A DNA stretch of 64,000 nt from Octopus vulgaris (GCA_951406725.2 OX597816.1:139376001-139440000), one strand, 5' to 3'; positions 27,454 through 41,866 are shown, counted from the first letter of the stretch. Numbers and translations are program-made. Notes: generated from the letters alone by a model not told the origin.

Positions 27454-27666
27454 GAAATAGAGAACATACTAGCAAAACACGTGGTATCACTTTAGAGCCT
27501 TTAATTTATAATTTATAATTAAAACATAGTGAAGTGTAGTAACAGAAAATACGTAAAGACGTTTTAGCAATTTACTATAACTATTCTACACTATGTTTGA
27601 AATATAAATCATAAATTAAAGGCTCTAAAGTGAAACCATATGTTTTACTTGTCTGTCCTCTATTTC
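27454..27666. repeat. Imperfect inverted repeat, about 78-bp arms (foldback/MITE-like) in TA context
   Basis: 27454-27531 is the near reverse complement of 27589-27666 (e.g. cactttagagcctttaatttat / ataaattaaaggctctaaagtg). Confidence 0.88.
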
Positions 27667-28279
27667 GAATATATATCTACCCGCTCCACAGTGAACCAAT
27701 TCTAGCCAGCTTTCATATGCAGCTTCAACAGTAACTTGCTTTCAATTGCAGTTCAGGTTGGAGCTTTACTGGTAAGCCAAACCGAGCACTTATAGTACAT
27801 ACTCATTATATTACGTCATTAGGCGAAAATCCTTTATATGTACGCTCAGATTCTCTCCCTCTCTCCTCCTCTCCCTCCCTTTCTCTCTCCCTTCCTTTCT
27901 CTCCCCCCCTCTCTCTCTCTATATATATATATATGTATATGTGTGTGTATATGTATATACATAAATTGTGTGTGTGCATGCGCGCACACCTATGTCTGTG
28001 TGTATGAATGTGCGTGTATATGTGTGTGTGTGTGTACATATATACATATATATTCTTTTAGTCTTTTTCTTGTTTTACTCATTTAGGTGTGGCCATGTGG
28101 AGCACCGCCTTTAGCCCAGTAAATCGACCCCAGGACATATTGTTTGTAACCTAGTAATTATTCTGTCGGTCTTTTGCCGAACTGCTAGCCTACAGGAACG
28201 AAAACGCATCAGCATCGGTTGTCAAGCGATACTGGGTGGGGGACAAACACAGATACACAAACATATACACACACATACA

Positions 28280-28355
<76 letters not shown>

Positions 28356-28360
<5 letters not shown>

Positions 28361-29038
28361 TTTGTCGAAAATAGTGATTTGACGTCTAGCATGTTGACCG
28401 TCCACTTTTAGGGGTCAGTCCTTAAAACTTTGTATGTGAAAATATTTTAATCTTCGGATTTTTTAATATGCTGGGCCACTGGTTTTAATTTATTAATATC
28501 AAGTTCTACCCTTATTAAATTTTAAATTAAATAAATATGTTCTCTAACCGGTAAATTGACTGCTGCTACTTATTAGCTGCATGGTAGTTTTTCCGATCTC
28601 AGCGCGCCAAAGTGAAGGCATTTGAGAGATACACAAAAATATAATCGGTTGGACTCCATGCATGCGAGACTCCGGTCAAACGTTTTTGCATCTAGTCCTG
28701 CAAATTGTATTTCTATATGACAGACCATGCTGACGAGATTGCAGTTTATCCTTGCGGATATTAACAATCGAAACTGATCGGTACATGGGTAATCATTTTT
28801 ATTTCGTGTATTTTCATTTGTCTTGCTTATTTTTAATGCTTTGGTTTGTGCTGAGTTTTTATTTGAGAACATATTCTTTGTGGGACGTCTATATCTAGCA
28901 TGTTGGCCATCCACTTTTAGTGGTCAGTCCTTTAAATTTTGTATGGAAAAATATTTTAATCTTCGGATTTTTTAATATGCTGGGCCACTGGTTTTAATAG
29001 ATTAATATCAATTTCTACCCTTATTAAATTTTAAATTA
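28356..29038 (+). mobile_element. ORF-less hammerhead-containing element with about 170-bp terminal direct repeats (retrozyme/non-autonomous PLE-like)
   Basis: 28356-28530 is repeated at 28872-29038 (tctagcatgttg.cc.tccacttttag..ttctacccttattaaattttaaatta); hammerhead lies between; (TA)n on both sides. Confidence 0.8.
28725..28788 (+). ncRNA. Type I hammerhead ribozyme
   Basis: Stem I ccatg/catgg; core CTGACGA (28730-36); stem II gattg/caatc with distal tatcc-ttgc-ggata; GAAA (28770-73); short stem III c-tgatcg-g; GTA cleavage triplet (28781-83). Confidence 0.85.
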
Positions 29039-29262
29039 TATATATATATATATACGACAGGCTTCTTTCAGTTTCCATCTACCAAATCTACTCTCAAGGC
29101 TTTGGTTGGCCCAAGGTGCCACGCAGTGGAACTGAACCCGGAACCATGTGGTTGAGAAGCAATCTATATTATATATAATATATATTATATACATACATAC
29201 ATATATATATATACACATCTACATATATATATATTTGTGTGTATTGTATATGTACGCATGTA

Positions 29263-29304
<42 letters not shown>

Positions 29305-29536
29305 CATATCATATTCATATTTATCTAAATACACAGGTATGCACACATACGCGCGCGCGCACTCTCACACACAAATACGCACACACACACACAAACGAAC
29401 ACTACTTCAAATATAACACTCTGATAGTCTTTTTCCCTGGTCTCCTTAACAAATAGATCGAATAGTGAAAAAATGCTTCTCCCCCACCAGAGAATACACA
29501 CACATATGCATATATCCAAACACACACACAGACACC

Positions 29537-29586
<50 letters not shown>

Positions 29587-30060
29587 TACACAGCATCAGC
29601 CCCCCCCCCCTCCGCACGCCCTCACATCCACAAGAACGCACATACACAACCACATTAAACTAAGTGTAACGGTAACTAAATCTTCTCCTTAGGGTGATGA
29701 GGTATTAAGCGAAACGTGGGGATGGCAGAATTGCAGAATTTCCAACACCCCCTACGCTTACGATGCAATGCGAGTCAACATGAAATTGCGCAGTGACTTT
29801 CTTTACGACGTACTCACACGCCATTCGTATTAATTAAGTTTTCCTGAAAGCTGTTCACCAACAGCCAAAGTCTTCTAATCAAATTCCACTCGAAAAGATT
29901 TGGTAACTTGATATAGATGAGAAATTTACTGTAGAATGAATTTTTTTCCCCCTTTCATTCTGTATGAGAATGTGCGTGCGTGCACGTACGCATGTGTGAA
30001 TGTGTGTGCACGTGTGTTTCTCGTTGATTACATATACATAAAAGTATATCTATGCAATCT

Positions 30061-30562
<502 letters not shown>

Positions 30563-31141
30563 TTTATGCTTAATCATATATAAAGCTGACCTATGGGTTC
30601 CCTGTGTTTGTGAGTGTGTGTTTGTGAGCGAGTGTGATCCACATATGCTTCTTCACCTGTTTGAGCGTCGACGTCTGTGTATTTGTGTGTGTGTTTATGG
30701 ATGCATTCATGGCGTATGTACGGTATGGTGAAATGTGGTACTGTGTGAGAAAAGGTGTTAGGACAAGGCAGTTGCAATACAGTGGGAGATGAATCTGCCT
30801 AAAAGTGAAATTTTGTGAGAGAAATGTGTGCAATACTATTGACGAAGAAGTGCTGGGCGAATGGGATTAAGATAGGAATGACAAATAATGAAAGAAAGAG
30901 TGTGAGATGAAGAGGGATAGCGAACGACAGTCAAAGTCAGGTAGACAGACAGAATGAAACTTTTGAGGAGAGTGAAATTGCGTGATACAGCATGAGAACT
31001 GAGGTGAGAAAAGAAAAGATAAAAGATTGTGAAGAGAAAGAAAGAGAGAGAGAGAGAGAAAGAGAGAGACCGAAAGAGTGAGAGAGATGGAGTGTAGCGA
31101 AAGAGACAGAGACAGAGAGTTTGTAAGATAGATAGAGTACT

Positions 31142-32450
31142 CTCTTGTGGGGGTGCCTTTACCAAGTGCACTCTCTTTGGGGGTGCCTTTACCACTACGT
31201 TGATATCATCAACATAGCGAGAGTACATGTTCATGTGTATGGAGTTCTGTGTCAGGCGTTCTTTAAGCCTTCTGTCCCACCATACCATGAAAATGTTGGC
31301 CACATCACCCCGATGGCTGCTCCCTCATCCTGCACGTATATTTTGTTAAGCTTAAATGTGTGGCCATTTAGAGTAACTCTTATACTAGCACCTAGTGGAT
31401 GTGCGATCATTTTCTTCACTTGATATTCGTTTGCGGGGGCCCGTATGGCTCTGGTCCATCCGCTCCATCTCTCTATAGGGGACTTCCTAGCCATAGATAT
31501 AATTGTGAGTGGTCCACCTCTTAAACGTCTACTGGGGAAGAAACTTCTAAGGTCATGTTTGTCTCCATATTCGTTGCCATATGTCAGTCTAAGTAGGAGA
31601 CCCAGTTCCTCTGTGTTGACATTGCGGAACTCCACTTCGCTCTCGCTGATCATCTCCACGCACTTCTCCACCGCAAAATTCACGTCGGTAGATGAGTATA
31701 GGGATACCACATCCATGCAACCCACTATACATCCTGTCAGGTCGCAGGTGTTGTTACAGTCGTTGATCCTGCTGAGATCTTCCGTGCTATTACAAAAATT
31801 AGGTGACACCCAGATTATGGGGCGTATGGTCATTGAGAGGAAGTAGGAGATCCTGTAGTTGCTAGCAATATTGCTCCACAGACTGGTCTTGTTGGTGGTA
31901 CCGTCACTGGATCAGTGGTTATTTTGTGGTCATTGCGGAGTCCATATATTGTTGTTCCAGGCTTGGAAATTGTTGGCCGTGCATTTCTGTGGTCCAAGAA
32001 CAATTGTCCACATTGTCATGTGGGCGTTGAGGACTTTTTCTCTCTTCTCATGCGCCAGTAAAATTGTTACTTTCATATTAGCGATGTGAGGCGGCAATGC
32101 CTGGATGTAGTTCGGCAAGCTGTCTATCGACATCCTGCTGGACTTATCTGTTGGAGGCATACCACCTCTCCGTTCCTCGTGCGCTGCATGACCTTACGTA
32201 GGCCACAAGCGGGTATATTCCCGAGTTGGTGGGCCGCTGTCTTAGTCTGTCTCTTAGTGAATAGTTCTAAAATCTGTCTATGTTTGGTCCTAGCTATAGT
32301 GAATTGTGCTTCCATGTGGTCACTAGTATGTTTTGGGATGCAGACCGTTTTGTTAAAGGGCAGTGTTGTCGGATAAATACGGCTCATGTTGTAAGATTTG
32401 TCACATATGTTGAAGAAATGAGTGTCAAGGGGGTGGGTATTCATGTTGGC
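31142..32450 (-). mobile_element. Penelope-like reverse transcriptase pseudogene fragment
   Basis: Minus-strand TDKSSRMS, IRPII, GCMDVVSLYSS.D, YVQDEGAAIGV, ANIFMVWWD and YSRYVDDINVV across frameshifts; cut off at a GA-rich repeat. Confidence 0.85.
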
Positions 32451-32519
32451 CCTTCTAGGGTTATTTTCCTCTCTATCACTACCACTACCCCTATCACCAT
32501 TGCTGCTACCATCATCAAC

Positions 32520-32965
<446 letters not shown>

Positions 32966-34477
32966 AGACAAATAGCAGATAGAAATATAGATAGATATGT
33001 ACCAGGGAAAGAGTGGAGAGAGAGAGAGAGACAATATGAAAGAAAATAGAAAAGTATCAGATGATGAGAAAGAATATCTAGAGTAAAGGAAACGTCCATT
33101 GTGAAAGGAAGCACAGGGTGAGAGGATGAGAGACAGTGAGAGAGAGAGAGAGAGAGAGATGTACAGAGACTGAGACGGATAAAAAGAGAGAAGTGGGAGA
33201 GCGAAAAAGAGATGTTAAAGAAATAACTGCTGGAAGTTAGTGTACGGGGATATAGATATACTGGGGAAGAAAATGAAAAAAAAAATGCGTGGCCCTGAGA
33301 AAAAGGCAGAGAAAATTTACGAGAATTTACTTGTCAACTTATAAGGAGCGACCCGATATCGGGGCTAAAGAGAAACGATAGGTAGAGACAGTTGTTAATA
33401 AAATAATAGGTACGGTTGATTTGTATGCCTATTGAATAAGGTATGAATACAGATTTAGTGTCAGCGCCCGAACTACTGACCTTAGGCAAGTAATCTAGCA
33501 CTCTGTCATTTGATAATTTAACAAGATAGGCATTTAAATAATATATGTTCCCCTTGTTTACATATTACTCATCAGCTTCGCAAAATCACCACCACCACAA
33601 CAGCCTCTGTCAACAACGCCACAAATAATCAATTACTACCATTATCACTAAAACTAAGGTTACACTAGCCAATTCCTCAAATAGGACTAAAGCGGAAGTT
33701 TCTGCATGTTCACCTACCCTGTTAGCAATGGCAAATGAATTACCCACAAAATTATACTCCATCGTTTTATAAAAGTTAGGACGTACAAGATATTCTAAGA
33801 TAATCTATGTCAGAGTTAAAAAGAAATTGCAGAAATGTTTTGTACAAACGGCCACCATCATATATCCAACTCTTATACAATTTTGTTAGCATCAACTCAT
33901 TCCACTAGAAGACAAATGCCTAAAGAAATGGTTAGCAGGTTCTTAACAAACTCTTATAGGCTCAACAGAATTCCACTTTAATATTAGGTACACGCAGCAA
34001 ATATACTTCTTTTAATAACCCGAAGAAATGAAACACCATCTCTCATTTACAGTACGTCTGGACCCTGAAGGATGAAGATGCTACAACTTTTAAGGTTGTA
34101 GCCTGTAGGTGAATTTGCGAAACCATATTCTGGAAGATCTGAATCGTGCTGCTGGTGAAAATTCTTCCTACTGGTGTCTCATTTCAACTTATTCAATAAT
34201 CGGTTTGAGTATATTTCGAACTATCGTCGTCAGAATCAAGTTTATTCCTCTGAATTCTATTCTAGTTACAGGTTGTATATTTTGCATTTTTGTGTAATTT
34301 CTTTGTGTAATTTCTTTGCAATTCTTTAATCGTTCCTTGAAGCTCTGTAAATATGATTATTTAATGTTTTCCTTCCCACATCATATTTTGTGCCAACTGT
34401 TCCCTATTAATCAACTTTTGTTCCATTTTGCAGAACTGAAAGCTGTTAGTAATCTAACATCTCTTTTTTCTCAAAAT

Positions 34478-34899
34478 TCTCTCTTTTACTCTTTTACTTG
34501 TTTCAGTCATTTGACTGCGGCCATGCTGGAGCACCGCCTTTTTTCTTTTTAATCGAGCAACTCGACCCCGGGACTTATTCTTTGTAAGCCCAGTACTTAT
34601 TCTATCGGTCTCTTTTGCCGAACCGCTAAGTGACGGGGACATAAACACACCAGCATCGGTTGTCAAGCAATGCTAGGGGGACAAACACAGACACACAAAC
34701 ATACACGCACACACACACATATATATATATATACATACATATATACGACGGGCTTCTTTCAGTTTTCGTCTACCAAATCCACTCACAAGACTTTGGTCGG
34801 CCCGAGGCTATAGTAGAAGACACTTGCCCAAGGTGCCACGCAGTGGGACTGAACCCGGAACCATGTGGTTGGTAAACAAGCTACCTACCACACAGCCAT
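34478..34899 (-). mobile_element. SINE family B, full-length well-preserved copy
   Basis: Minus strand tggctgtgtggtagg..ggttccgggttcagtccc..ccttgggcaagtgtcttc..tail gactgaaacaagtaaaagagtaaaag. Confidence 0.95.
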
Positions 34900-35489
34900 T
34901 CTAATTTTTTTTTTAATATTGTACACGGTTTCTCTTTATTTTGGCTTTAAGCCACAAATCAGGTGGTCTTGTCTCACTTTTCTATTTGTCACTTTTTCTC
35001 CAGTTCACTTTTCCTTTAATTTTTTTTTTTTTAGATGCCTATTTCTTGAAAGCAGACATATTATTTTAGATAAATAATGAATTTATTATTTATATTAATT
35101 TGCTTTTTAAGTAGGCACGTTAGATAATATAGTCATATGTATTCCATATCTGAAAATGAAAAGAGAGCAACGACTGGATTGTCACAAATGGAACAATTTA
35201 GATCAAAGGTCTGCTGAATCAGGAGTGAAATGCAGTTGCGGTAGCAACCGTCCCACCACTAACAAAGTCACTATGTTTGCTTGTTTTTAATGATTTGACC
35301 GCACTTCTACATCACATTTCTTCTCGGGACAATACACACAACTATCATTATACCAAAGATTACAAGATCAAATATGTAATCAATGTTTCTTTTTCTACAC
35401 TGCAAAATAGGCTCTAAGTAAGAGAATTAACCAAATAGAACATTAAACACTCAACTATCAGTTTCTTGTGCATAGATATCAGTGTAGCA

Positions 35490-35660
35490 CTGTATCTGAC
35501 AGACTGTAGGCTGTTGTTATACACTGGTCACAATACACTTCCTCAGAGTGTCGTAGCTTTCGAATAATGCCACCTCATTGGCCTGGTGGGAAGGCCAACA
35601 TTCCATCTTCACAGAACGCCAGTCCATTGTTGTGACACTCATTTACAGTTAGGTGGACTC
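35490..35660 (-). mobile_element. Degenerate SINE family D fragment
   Basis: Reverse complement (aatgag..tggactggcgt..ggtggcatt..ttgtgaccag) links the 63784 body to the 53643 tail. Confidence 0.55.
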
Positions 35661-35883
35661 AGTGTTTAAATATACAGGCCCTTGTTGTAACTAGGGGATT
35701 GAGGAAAAGACGTTCGTCATCGATTGTGTGAATGGAGTGGGTTGCTTTTATTTCGAGAGAACCAAAGGAATTTGTATTGCTGAAGGATTTCATATTAGGA
35801 ATAATGGGAAACAGGGCTATTCCATACACCAAGTTGCAAATTGAGAACTATGGAATTGTTAAAAAAAATTTATAATTTGGACA

Positions 35884-36041
35884 GAAACATGGCTGTGTAG
35901 CAAGAAATTTTCTTTTCAAACACATGATTCTGGGTTCAGTCCTGTTGCCTGGTGGTTGCTTGGACAAATGTCTTCCTCTGCAACACCAGACCGATCAATG
36001 CTTTGTAAGACGGAAACTGAAAGAAGCCCGTTGAATATACA

Positions 36042-36120
<79 letters not shown>

Positions 36121-36347
36121 CTTTGTGTTTGTTCCCCACCCACTGCTTGACAACCTGACAACCAGTGTTGGGTTGGTTTACATTCCCACAACTTAGTCCG
36201 GCCAAAGACACCGACAGAATAAGTACCAGACTTGAAAAGAAAGATAAGCACTAGGGTCGATTTGTTCAACGAAAACACTTCAAGGCGATGCTGTAGCATG
36301 GCCGCAGTCCAATAAGCGAGACAAGTAAAAAGCTAAAAGCTAAAAGG
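35884..36347 (+). mobile_element. SINE family B copy with internal (GT)n
   Basis: Head catggctgtgtagcaag..gggttcagtcc; tail catggccgcagtcc..aagtaaaagctaaaag. Confidence 0.88.
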
Positions 36348-36529
36348 TATTACATTGTATAGCAGACTGTACTACTTTACACTACGACTTCGCTACATCT
36401 TAACTTCCCCCAAAATAAACCTGCACTTTACTATATCGGATTGATTGCATTATACGACATTGGAGATTAGCGTCCCTATAACTAAGCTCACCGTCGCTAA
36501 GAGTGTCATGCTAGCACAACGGAAACAAC

Positions 36530-36560
36530 ATCATCATCATCTTCGACATCGTTATCGTTG

Positions 36561-36603
<43 letters not shown>

Positions 36604-36777
36604 TAACAACAGCAACAGCATCATCGCCAACATCATCTTTATCATTATGATGATGACCATCAACAATCATCGTCATCATCATCATCATCACCATCATCAT
36701 CATCATAAAAATTATCATCATTACCTTCATCAGTTTTATCATCATCCTTATCATCATCGCCGTTATCCCCATCGTCG

Positions 36778-36833
<56 letters not shown>

Positions 36834-36860
36834 GTCATAATCATCATCGTCATCATCATT
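36530..36860. repeat. Imperfect (CAT)n tract
   Basis: Directly visible; explains the poly-H/D/M ORFs. Confidence 0.96.
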
Positions 36861-37621
36861 AACGTCATCCTTTCCTCCATCTTGCATTTTCATGAATACG
36901 CTCGACGCAGCTACCATCGCCACCACCCGCACCAACACCAAAAACCACAACTATATCAACCAATGATGTCTTTAATACCATGAACAACAATAAAAAGCCA
37001 ATATACCGTTTCCTCTTTCTCTTTACTTTTTGCTTTTTTTTTTACTCCGTTTCTCTAATACACATGTGTGTGTAGTACATTTACACACATACACACACAC
37101 ACACATATATATATGTATATGTGTATATGCATGAGTGTACATACACACACAGATACACACACTGACATACACGTACCTGAATACTCACACAAACACACAC
37201 ACACACACACATATATACACCCACATACATTCACATACACGCACATACACAAACGTTACTCTCCAACCATCAATGTCACGAACTGGTTCCTTGCTGTGTC
37301 ACTGATGGCTGTATGACATGATAATGAAATAAAGTAAAATAAAATATTAGCTGGAAATTACTGAAAAGCTACCACCAGCTACTTATTCCCACTTCCCACA
37401 ACCAACCCAGAGGATCTTCAAAGCTCACTCAATGTTATCTCTTGTATAAACCTCAAAAATCATACACCTACTTCCTATCATGTTACCTTCTCTCTGCTCT
37501 GTTTTTTTTTTCCCCATCTTTTTAACCATGGATTTGGCGTGCTGTCTGCCATTTGCAAATAAAAAACACATTTTTTTTTTCTAAACCCCTACATGATTTT
37601 TTAATTAAATGCAAACTATAG

Positions 37622-37654
37622 CAATAATAATGATGATGATGATGATGATGATAC

Positions 37655-37728
<74 letters not shown>

Positions 37729-37792
37729 GTGATAATAATGATGACGATTTCTAATATTTAATAACATTAATAATAAAAAAATGATAGTGATG

Positions 37793-37866
<74 letters not shown>

Positions 37867-38046
37867 TATGTGATGTTTTTTCCTTCATGTGGAAATCGGT
37901 TATTTCTTTAGAAGTCATGCAAGAATGCAAAACAAAAAAAAAAGAAGAAAAAGAAAAAGAAGAAGACGAAGAAGAAGAAGAAGAAGAAGAAGAAGAAGAA
38001 GAAGAAGAAGAAGAAGAAGAAGAAGAAGAAGAAGAAGAAGAAGAAA
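37622..38046. repeat. (TAA)n tracts and (GAA)n tract
   Basis: Directly visible. Confidence 0.96.
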
Positions 38047-38181
38047 GAATTTGGTTGTTCAAGAAAAAAATGGCAGATATGAAGTGAGGGTATACGAAAT
38101 TAACTTTATGCATATGTACAAGGGTGTATTACCGCGCGCGCGTGTGTGTATGTGTGTGCACGTGAGCGCGCGTGCATGTGC

Positions 38182-38212
<31 letters not shown>

Positions 38213-38403
38213 AGGGAGAGCGAGAGAGATCTATGAGTGTGTGTGTGTGTGTGTGTGAGGGAGAGCGAGAGAGACCTATGCGTGTGTGCGTGCTTTTAAA
38301 GTATTCATATAATTTATGTACATCATTGTATGTGCCTATATGCTATGCGCATGCTTGTATGCATGGGCGTGCGCATATATTGAATACGTGTTCGTGTGTA
38401 TGC

Positions 38404-38455
<52 letters not shown>

Positions 38456-39269
38456 AATCATCATCTTTTGAACTTATTTTTTCCCTTATATATATATATG
38501 TGTATATATGGGTGTGTATGTATTTATTATTATACATGGGTGTTGGATGCAACTTTTTCAATGTAAATTTGGAAACGATAAGAGTCAGGAACTATATTGG
38601 CTTCACGCAGTCATTCGCTGTAATAAAGGAATTGATTGAGTGAGGAGCGTACCTCTATGTTTATGGGTTTTTTGCTTTTTTTATATTTTATTTGCTGGAT
38701 AGCGTGAAGCAACAGGGATGCCATATATTTGTACAGAAATATTCTATAGACATTCTGGATACCGTTGAAGCCTCATGTCACTGAATTGCTGGTACGGGAG
38801 AGTGTTGTGTTTGTTACACTAATCTTTCTCTCCTAGATATTTTTTTTTTGTGACATTTAATAACTTTCTATTCAACGCTTGCATGCATAAAAAAAGCTTT
38901 GGTATATAGCGATAATTTTGTTCAGGTCTGTCTGTCTATATGCATGCATGCGTATGTACATGCATGCATGTATTTATGTATATATGTAAGCATGTATGTA
39001 TATATGCATTACGTATGAGAAAGTATTTGCTCGTTGATAAGTTTACATGAGACGTATATGAAATGATTGGATTCAGAGAATAGTGCAGCTATCACAGAAA
39101 GCTCCTCTTACGGACACGGCTAGCAGTCCACATAGTAATTAAATACGAAGAGGTGCAATGTAGTGTGTCCATGTAAATTTAAAATCCAGAAAAGACGAGC
39201 GATGAAACTATTTCATGAAGAGTAAATTTAAGCATAAAGATTTTATGCTTTTAATCTACAATCTCTTGT

Positions 39270-39440
39270 AAGGCGGTGATCAGGCAGAACTGTGTGCACG
39301 CCGGGCAAAATATCTGACGCTATTTCTTCCGGCGTTACCCTCTGAATTCTGAGTTGCCTGTCATAATTTCGAACACTGGTGTAGGTGTAATCGACTAGCC
39401 AATTCCCCGAAAGTTTCGGGCCTTGTGACTATAGCAGCAA
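39270..39440 (+). mobile_element. Degenerate, internally deleted SINE family A copy
   Basis: aaggcggtgatcaggcagaac..cacgccgggcaaaa..gtaatcgact..gggccttgtg. Confidence 0.75.
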
Positions 39441-40157
39441 AAAAAAAAAAATCGATAATCGCTTTCTAATAAGAACCACTGCACTCCGAAATTTTATTCG
39501 TTGATGTAAACTACGCTTCCTTTAAATCAAATAACGTGTGGTTTTTAGTTTAGTAGTGTAATAGTTTTGTACGTTTTAGTACAGCTACTTTTATGACTAT
39601 TTAGATACTTGCGAATTCATAATGCGTTACAGGGATTACTCGTGAAAGTAAGAGCAATTCTGTCGCTATATTCAAAATAGTTGTTGCACCAAACACTTAG
39701 CTACAAGACCATTAACAGTTCGACGTTAACAACTTTAACAAGAGCAACGGTACATATTACAGGCGCCCTTACAAACGTACTTGTTAAACTTATAAATATA
39801 CACTCACACACATATGACGGATTCTTCATCAAACGAATTAACAAGCAACTCCTTGAATACGTGAATATTTCATAGGGCCCTGCTCCATTTATGCAACGCT
39901 TGGCCCGAAACAGCATGGTGCACTATATGACAAGGGATGGTCTTTAAATTAGCGGTATAATCCATTCGGCAGACCTCTATATAGTTTCTATTTTGTTTTG
40001 TCTGGGATCCACAGTGTTTTGATGGAGTCGGAGAGGTGCTGTCGTTCATTCCTCTCCTGATTTGACGACAGTCGATTTCTTCGAGAAAGAAAGATAGGTA
40101 GAGAGATAGAAAGAGTAAGAGAAAATTGAATCAATCCAACACCGGTACTTCATTACC

Positions 40158-40388
40158 TATTTCTTTATTACCCACAAGGGGCTAAACACAGAGGGAACAA
40201 ACAAGGACAGACATAGGTATTAAGTCGATTACATCGACCCCAGTTCGTAACTGGTACTTAATTTATCGACCCCGAAAGGATGAAAGGCAAAGTCGACCTC
40301 GGCGGAATTTGAACTCACAACGTAACGCAGACGAAATACCGCTAAGCATTTCGCCCGGCGTGCTTAACAATTCTGCCAGCTCGCCGCC
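40158..40388 (-). mobile_element. Young SINE family A monomer with 12-bp TSD, nested in an older family A copy
   Basis: TSD tacttcattacc at 40146-40157 and 40389-40400. Confidence 0.95.
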
Positions 40389-40749
40389 TACTTCATTACC
40401 GATGAGAAGGACATAAAAGAACGCTGATTTTAGTGGTAATTGAAATCAGAGTACATTGAGCAGAAACGACGCTCACACGTCTTTACCAACTGGCCACTGC
40501 CTATTATTGCCGTCTACTCTAATCTCTTATCACAACGTTTGGATTAAACCGAAGCTATAATAAAATACAGTTGACTAAGACAATATGATGCATGACCGAA
40601 CTCGAGACAGCCTCAATACGTAGAGTCCACATATATACACAGGCACACAAACAAACACATATATATACACAGACCAGCTCATATGTTCACAAACATACAA
40701 ATACACAGAATCAGTCCTCAAGAGATAACGCCAATTCAACATTGTGCCA

Positions 40750-40938
40750 AATTTTGGTATAAGGCCAGCGATTTTAGAGGGTAGGCGTTAGACAATTCAT
40801 CCACCCCTGTACTCGATTGATATTTATTAAAACGACCTAAAAGGATGAAATAATAGAAATGGCCTCGGGGGGAATTTGAGCCCAGGATGTAACGAGTCGG
40901 AAGAAATGCCGGTAAGCCTTTTGTCTGACGTCTTCACG
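40750..40938 (-). mobile_element. Degenerate SINE family A copy
   Basis: aaaggatgaaa..cctcggggggaatttgagcccag..ggatcgccgcc. Confidence 0.75.
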
Positions 40939-41483
40939 GCTCTGTCGGATCGCCGCCCGAAGAAAACGTATAAAATCAAGACTTATCTATGTTTCTTATT
41001 AATAGTTATCGCCAAACTAATATTACGCTGCCGTAATCTCCTTTAGAGAGACTTAGTAATTTTAATATTTCTATTATCTATGTCTCGTTTCTAAATACCA
41101 ACTAATATTTCAGTGACAATCTGTCACCTGCAGTTTTACAATTTTCTTCCTGGACATTTATTATATACCAGCAGGTAAGGATGCTATATAACACAGAAGT
41201 CGTTGTTACATAGAGAAAATTTCATATATTAATATATGTCGTTGTTTAACCGTCGTATGTCCAAATTTGTCCAAATGCGTTTTATTCAATATTTATTTTT
41301 GCTTGCAATAGCCGGTTCTTTTGGTCAAACTATCGTATCTCCAGCTGCTTCAGATGCCAAGATAACAAAACTTTTCAAAGTACAGTACTATGGTTTTGCT
41401 ATGGAATAGTAAAACTATTTTTTTGTTTTCTCAAAAAGCAACATTTTGGACTTACGACACTTTTGCATAATAGCAACGAGATG

Positions 41484-41530
<47 letters not shown>

Positions 41531-41531
<1 letters not shown>

Positions 41532-41866
41532 CTGAGACCCCCCCTTAGGTCATGAATGGCCATGGGATTGCACCTCGAAAGTTACCCTCTTAGGCACAAG
41601 TCCAGGCAAGGTTGTTTATGGAAGACCAGCAATCGCCCATCCATACAGGCATCCCTTCTCCACGCCACCAGTGTTATCCAAGGGAAAGGCAAAGGCCGAT
41701 ACAGCTTGGCACTAGTGATGTTGCAATTCATTTCTATAGCTGAATGAAGTGGAACAACATGAAATAAAGTGTCTTGTTCAAGAACACAACACACAGCCCG
41801 GTCCGGGATTCGAACTCACAACCTCACGATCGTAAGCTCGACGCTCTAACCACTGAGCCATGCGCC

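Larger units (their letters stand above)
28055..29165 (-). mobile_element. SINE family B copy split by an insertion in its internal (TA)n tract
   Basis: 3' half at 28055-28280 and 5' half at 29053-29165, same orientation and correct order. Confidence 0.87.

Noticed and set aside
34205-34237. Minus-strand CTGACGA..GAAA
   Set aside because: No stem II closing pair and no stem I; likely chance.
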